A stretch of 64,000 bases of DNA from an uncultured Gammaproteobacteria bacterium (GTDB lineage Bacteria > Pseudomonadota > Gammaproteobacteria > UBA9214): assembly GCA_963773065.1 (NCBI GenBank), contig CAVYZN010000002.1, positions 1 to 64,000 of the forward strand. The letters are read 5' to 3'. The notes under the pieces were generated by a model. That model had not been told where the DNA came from and ran no database searches. It worked only from the letters and a program-made list of their open reading frames with translations. The translations under genes were made by a program, and so were the position numbers. Shown piece after piece: positions 58,006 through 64,000 of this stretch; positions within the stretch are counted from its first letter, which is position 1, and each line of letters starts with the position of its first letter.

Positions 58006-58686
58006 TCAGCTCGTGCCACTCAGCAAGGGCACGAAGACGACCGGATCGAGGGCCTCGCGATCGATGCCGGATTCGGTGCGGATAAGCAGCGTCAGTGTCT
58101 GGCTTTCCCGCTCACCTACCGGGATCACCAGCCGCCCGCCGGGCGCCAGTTGTTCGAGCAGGGCCTCGGGAACGGCCGCCGCCGCCGCCGTGACGATGAT
58201 GGCCTCATAGGGCGCGAAATCCGGCAACCCGACCGTGCCGTCGCTGTGCGCGGCGCGGATATTGCGCAACCCCAGTTGCCGGAAACGCTGCCGGGCGAGG
58301 GTCACCAGCGGCTCGATGCGTTCCACCGTGTACACCTTCGCCACCAACTGGGCGAGTACGGCGGCCTGATAACCGGAGCCCGTACCCACCTCCAGCACCC
58401 TCTCGGGACGACCCGTGATGGCCAGTTCCGTCATGGCGGCAACGACCAGGGGCTGGGAGATCGTCTGGTTATAACCGATAGGGAGCGCCGTATCCTCGTA
58501 AGCCCGGCTGGCCAGGGCCTCATCCACGAACAGATGCCGTGGCGTCTTGCGCATCACATCCAGGACCGCGGCATTGCGTATGCCGCCTTCACGCAGGCGC
58601 ATGACCAGCCGGTCGCGCGTACGCTGCGATGTCATGCCTATACCGCGTGTCAGAAAATTCACGTCAGAGGATTCCACATCACGCAT
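58006..58686 (-). CDS. pcm: Protein-L-isoaspartate O-methyltransferase
   Basis: [37 protein letters not shown]. Confidence 0.96.
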   Translation of the reverse strand: MRDVESSDVNFLTRGIGMTSQRTRDRLVMRLREGGIRNAAVLDVMRKTPRHLFVDEALASRAYEDTALPIGYNQTISQPLVVAAMTELAITGRPERVLEVGTGSGYQAAVLAQLVAKVYTVERIEPLVTLARQRFRQLGLRNIRAAHSDGTVGLPDFAPYEAIIVTAAAAAVPEALLEQLAPGGRLVIPVGERESQTLTLLIRTESGIDREALDPVVFVPLLSGTS

Positions 58687-58746
58687 GGGGTTGCGCTATC
58701 AGCATCAGCCAGTGGCCGCGGCGTGCCCCGGGGATTGGAACACGGG

Positions 58747-59490
58747 CTATTTCCCCAGCCAGGCGGCGACGCTATCCAGCGCCGCGTAGCGTGTCAGATC
58801 GACATCGATCGGTGTTACCGACACATACCCGGAGCGCACCGCATGAAAGTCGGTTCCCAGACCGGCATCCTGCTCCGGTCCGGCCGGTCCCACCCAGTAA
58901 ACGGTCCGCCCCCGGGGATCGACCATCGGGACAACCGCCTCGGACTTGTGGCGATGCCCCAGCCGCGTCACCTGCATGCCGGCCAGTTGGTCCAGCGGCA
59001 GGTCCGGAACGTTCACATTGAGGATTGTATCAGCCGGCAGGGAGCGCGACAGCAGACGCCTGACAAGATCCACGGCGACGTGGGCGGCGGTCTCATAATG
59101 CGTGGGTGTATGGGAGGCCAGGGACACCGCGATGGCGGGCAAGCCGAGGAAGCGGCCTTCCATGGCCGCCGCCACGGTACCCGAATAAAGCACATCATCG
59201 CCCAGATTGGCGCCGGCGTTGATCCCCGCGACCACCATATCCGGTTCCTTGCCCAGCAAACCGGTAATGGCGAGATGCACACAGTCGGTGGGCGTGCCGT
59301 CCACATAGGTAAAACCATTCTCCGCGAGGGTCGCCCGTATCGGGTTGTCCAGCGTCAGGGAATTACTGGCGCCGCTGCGGTCCCGGTCCGGCGCTACCAC
59401 GATGACGGTGGCGATTTCTCGCAGCGCCGCGGCAAGCACCCGGATGCCGGTCGACTGATAACCGTCGTCGTTACTGATCAAGATATCCAT
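58747..59490 (-). CDS. surE: 5'/3'-nucleotidase SurE
   Basis: [38 protein letters not shown]. Confidence 0.96.
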   Translation of the reverse strand: MDILISNDDGYQSTGIRVLAAALREIATVIVVAPDRDRSGASNSLTLDNPIRATLAENGFTYVDGTPTDCVHLAITGLLGKEPDMVVAGINAGANLGDDVLYSGTVAAAMEGRFLGLPAIAVSLASHTPTHYETAAHVAVDLVRRLLSRSLPADTILNVNVPDLPLDQLAGMQVTRLGHRHKSEAVVPMVDPRGRTVYWVGPAGPEQDAGLGTDFHAVRSGYVSVTPIDVDLTRYAALDSVAAWLGK

Positions 59491-59659
59491 TCGCGCCGCA
59501 TCTGCCTCGCCAAAAGAGCTGCATCGTAATATAAAGCCGCACAGGAACACAAAAGACGGTTGCAACGGCGGCTTGCAAGCGGCCGTCAAACTGGTTACGG
59601 TTCCAACAGCGGTGGAACCGGCCACCACCGATAAGAACCCTGAACGGACGCCACCCCAC

Positions 59660-60205
59660 ATGTCTCCGACCAGACTTCCCCCCTCCGACGATATTGACTT
59701 GTTCCGCCGCAGTATCGGGCCCATCAGGAGACTACGCAGCGACAAGGTCTATCCGCCGGTGAAACGCCCGGCGCCCAGGCCACGCGCCGCAATGGCCGAC
59801 GATCAGGCGCTCCCCGGGACCGGTTACACGGAGGAACTGCACGGCAGGGAGATCGGCGCGGGTGAAGCGCTTTACTATGCGCGCACGGGCTTGCAGCATC
59901 GCCTGTTACAGCGCCTGCGCCGGGGTCAGTTGCCGAGCGAGGCCGAACTCGACCTGCATGGGATGACCCTAGCGAAGGCGCGCTACGAAGTCGCGCGTTT
60001 CCTGTCCTATTGCGGGAAGCAGGGAATGCGCACGGTGCGCATCATCCACGGCAAGGGCCATGGTTCGCGGGAACAGGCGCCGGTGCTGAAGAACCACCTC
60101 AATCACTGGCTGCGCCAGCAGCAGGAGGTGCTGGCCTTCTGCTCCTCCCGGCCGGACCAGGGCGGCACCGGCGCGGTGAATGTCTTGCTGCGTTCGCGTC
60201 GTTAA
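59660..60205 (+). CDS. Smr/MutS2-domain endonuclease
   Basis: LRRGQ, LDLHGMT, IIHGKG, VLAFCS, GGTGAV. Confidence 0.92.
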   Translation: MSPTRLPPSDDIDLFRRSIGPIRRLRSDKVYPPVKRPAPRPRAAMADDQALPGTGYTEELHGREIGAGEALYYARTGLQHRLLQRLRRGQLPSEAELDLHGMTLAKARYEVARFLSYCGKQGMRTVRIIHGKGHGSREQAPVLKNHLNHWLRQQQEVLAFCSSRPDQGGTGAVNVLLRSRR

Positions 60206-60213
60206 CCGCGTTA

Positions 60214-60233
60214 TTCACCGCAGAGACGCAGAG
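60214..60233 (+). repeat. Solitary half of the CACCGCAGAG repeat
   Basis: TTCACCGCAGAGACGCAGAG with no inverted partner in the 56-bp spacer. Confidence 0.7.
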
Positions 60234-60261
60234 TTCGTCATCACGCAGGTTGCTGCCGCAT

Positions 60262-60732
60262 TCAGTCCTGCAGCAGGACCACCGCGAAGGCGGCGATGCC
60301 CTCGCCCCGGCCGGTAAAGCCCAGGCGCTCGGTCGTGGTGGCCTTGATGTTGACCCGCGAGGTCTCCAGCCGGAGATCGGCACCGATGTTCTCCCGCATG
60401 GCGGCGATATGCGGCGCCAGGCGGGGTTCCTGCGCGACGATGGTGATATCCGTGTTGACGATTTCAAGCCCACCGGCGGTCACGAGTCCGACCACGCGGC
60501 GCAGCAGGATGCGGCTGTCGATATTTTCATAGGCAGGATCGTGCGGGGGGAAATGCCAGCCGATATCGCCCAGACCGGCGGCGCCCAGCATGGCATCGCA
60601 CAGGGCGTGCAGGACCACATCCCCATCGGAATGCGCCTCAAGCCCCCTGGCATAGGGGATCGCTACGCCGCCCAGCACCAGGCTGCCCCCCGGCTTGAAG
60701 GCATGCGCATCGATTCCCTGTCCGATCCTCAC
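60262..60732 (-). CDS. ispF: 2-C-methyl-D-erythritol 2,4-cyclodiphosphate synthase
   Basis: [32 protein letters not shown]. Confidence 0.96.
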   Translation of the reverse strand: MRIGQGIDAHAFKPGGSLVLGGVAIPYARGLEAHSDGDVVLHALCDAMLGAAGLGDIGWHFPPHDPAYENIDSRILLRRVVGLVTAGGLEIVNTDITIVAQEPRLAPHIAAMRENIGADLRLETSRVNIKATTTERLGFTGRGEGIAAFAVVLLQD

Positions 60733-61460
60733 GAGCTATGCCGTCCCCGCAGATAGTATTCCGCCAGCGCCAGATCGGACGGCACGGTTATCTTGATGTT
60801 GTCCGCATGGCCCCGAACCATGCGTGGCCGATAACCGGCCAGTTCCACGGCCGCGGCCTCATCCGTGACTGGAATGCCGCGCGTTATTGCCTGCTCCAGG
60901 GCCGATTGCAGCAGGCCGAGGCGGAACATCTGCGGCGTCTGCGCATGCCATAACGCCTGTCGCTCGACGGTCTCCACGACGCGGCCGTCCTCGCCGATGC
61001 GCTTCATGGTATCGCAGACCGGCACGCCGAGCAGTCCCCCGCAGGCATCATCAGCCAGTGCCTCGATCAGCTCGTGCACATCCCCGGCGCGCACACAGGG
61101 ACGCACCGCATCATGGACCAGCGCCCAGTCATGCATGCCGGCGAATCCGCCGAGATGCTGGATGGCATTGAGCACGCTCTGGCAGCGTTCGGCCCCGCCC
61201 CCCACGCACGCCAGGTTTTTCCCGGAAAACCGCGGCGCGATCTGCGGCCAGTAGGCGTCATCGGCGGACAGCGCCAGCACGACGCCTTCCATGCGCTCAC
61301 AGGCAAACAGCGTATTCAGGGTGTGTTCCAGCACGGTGTGTCCGTGCAAGGGCAGGTACTGCTTGGGAACATCCGCCGCCATGCGGCTGCCGATGCCGGC
61401 GGCCGGGACGATGGCCCAGTATTTCGGGACGGATGCGGATGCCGCGGTCTTATCGCGCAC
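60729..61460 (-). CDS. ispD: 2-C-methyl-D-erythritol 4-phosphate cytidylyltransferase
   Basis: [31 protein letters not shown]. Confidence 0.96.
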   Translation of the reverse strand: MRDKTAASASVPKYWAIVPAAGIGSRMAADVPKQYLPLHGHTVLEHTLNTLFACERMEGVVLALSADDAYWPQIAPRFSGKNLACVGGGAERCQSVLNAIQHLGGFAGMHDWALVHDAVRPCVRAGDVHELIEALADDACGGLLGVPVCDTMKRIGEDGRVVETVERQALWHAQTPQMFRLGLLQSALEQAITRGIPVTDEAAAVELAGYRPRMVRGHADNIKITVPSDLALAEYYLRGRHSS

Positions 61461-61490
61461 GTCAGTCTGTCCCTGCTGTCAGCGTCAAGG

Positions 61491-61760
61491 TTATTCCACG
61501 ATCTGGTAGAACGTTTCCCCTTCCTTGACCATGCCCATGTCCTCCCGGGCGCGTTCCTCGATGGCATCCAGCCCCTGCTTGAGATCGAGCACCTCGGCGT
61601 TGAGCGCTTCGTTACGCTCGCGCAGACGCGCATTTTCCGCGCGCTGGGCCTCGACCTCCTGGTGCACGCCCCATAATTCCAGCAGGCCGCCGTCACCCAG
61701 CCAGAGCCGGTATTGCAAATACACCAACAGGATAATCAGGAAGAGAATCAGTTTCCTCAT
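61491..61760 (-). CDS. ftsB: Cell division protein FtsB
   Basis: LQYRLWLGDGG, AEVLDLK, IEERAR..GMVKEGETF. Confidence 0.94.
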   Translation of the reverse strand: MRKLILFLIILLVYLQYRLWLGDGGLLELWGVHQEVEAQRAENARLRERNEALNAEVLDLKQGLDAIEERAREDMGMVKEGETFYQIVE

Positions 61761-61813
61761 GGCAGTGCACGAGGGCAACGGTCAGCCCATGGCGCAACCC
61801 GTCCCTGCGGCCA

Positions 61814-63277
<1,464 letters not shown>

Positions 63278-63304
63278 TGAGTGTATAGACGTACCCGCCT
63301 GGCG

Positions 63305-64000
63305 TCAGTGCATCAACTCCGTTTCCGGCAAAGGCCGTGATTTTACCGCGGCATCAATCTCTTTGAGGGTGCCGAGCAATTCCCGCAGGCGCGCGAGCGG
63401 CCAGGCATTCGGGCCGTCACTCAGGGCCTGCTCCGGATCGGGATGGGTCTCCATGAAGATGCCGGAGACGCCGGCGGCCACCGCGGCGCGCGCCAGCACC
63501 GGCACGAACTCGCGCTGGCCGCCGGAGCGGTCGCCCTGACCGCCGGGCAGTTGTACCGAATGGGTGGCGTCGAACACGACCGGCACACCGCAACCGCGCA
63601 TCACCGCGAGCGAACGCATGTCGGAAACCAGGTTGTTGTACCCGAACGAGGCGCCCCGCTCGCATACCATGATCTGTTCATTGCCGGCGGCCATCGCCTT
63701 TTCGACGACATTGCGCATATCCCAGGGCGACAGGAACTGACCCTTCTTGATGTTGACCGGTTTGCCCTGCCGGGCGACGTTCTGGATGAAGTTGGTCTGG
63801 CGGCACAGAAAGGCCGGCGTTTGCAGTACATCGACGATGCCTGCCACCTCAGGCAGCGGCGTGTCCTCATGCACGTCGGTGAGGACCGGCACGCCGATCA
63901 GTTCCCGCACGAGCTGCAATATCCGCAGGCCCTCCTCCACGCCGGGGCCACGAAAGCTCTTATGTGAAGAGCGGTTGGCCTTGTCGTAAGAGGACTTGTA
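63305..64000 (-). CDS. kdsA: KDO-8-phosphate synthase (5' end outside window)
   Basis: [38 protein letters not shown]. Confidence 0.96.
   Translation of the reverse strand, partial: YKSSYDKANRSSHKSFRGPGVEEGLRILQLVRELIGVPVLTDVHEDTPLPEVAGIVDVLQTPAFLCRQTNFIQNVARQGKPVNIKKGQFLSPWDMRNVVEKAMAAGNEQIMVCERGASFGYNNLVSDMRSLAVMRGCGVPVVFDATHSVQLPGGQGDRSGGQREFVPVLARAAVAAGVSGIFMETHPDPEQALSDGPNAWPLARLRELLGTLKEIDAAVKSRPLPETELMH

Noticed and set aside
57655-59529. 624-aa plus-strand ORF, and similar long ORFs at 52543..53937, 51289..52527 and 24898..26016
   Set aside because: Antisense shadows of well-identified genes, expected in high-GC DNA; no recognisable motifs.

Overview
The window has two halves. Right half (about 35.4-64 kb): core chromosome of a GC-rich Gammaproteobacterium, with potFGHI, dnaQ-rnhA-yafS/mltD, lysS-prfB (canonical +1 frameshift)-recJ, thrC-hom-alaC, rpoS-nlpD-pcm-surE, Smr, and ispF-ispD-ftsB-eno-kdsA. 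Its spacers carry a family of CACCGCAGAG... palindromic repeats, one of them triply nested. It also shows gene erosion: C-terminal remnants of nhaD and yqaA remain, and gloB and truD are absent from their usual positions. Left half (1 to about 35.4 kb): a mosaic accessory region ending at a 3' fragment of tRNA-Val(CAC), an attachment-site signature. It contains an ExeA-type ATPase, a truncated dockerin-like protein, a very GC-rich phosphoesterase gene of actinobacterial appearance, two truncated toxin genes facing each other across a decayed IS30, aldo-keto reductases, ytcA-mdtNOP efflux, Kef and SulP transporters, a 215-bp MITE-like element, and a pentose-phosphate/sugar cluster (ROK kinase, tkt, zwf, gnd, class I aldolase, pgi, tal, a phosphoketolase stub). 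The most intriguing signal is a short AAA(n)GGGGTCGGA-like motif that recurs at junctions between unrelated modules in 2.4-6.8 kb, which may be the footprint of a gene capture or shuffling process. Many single-base frameshifts, including in core genes, suggest long-read indel errors, so frameshifts alone are not treated as pseudogenisation. All calls are by eye from motifs and gene order; no database search was run.
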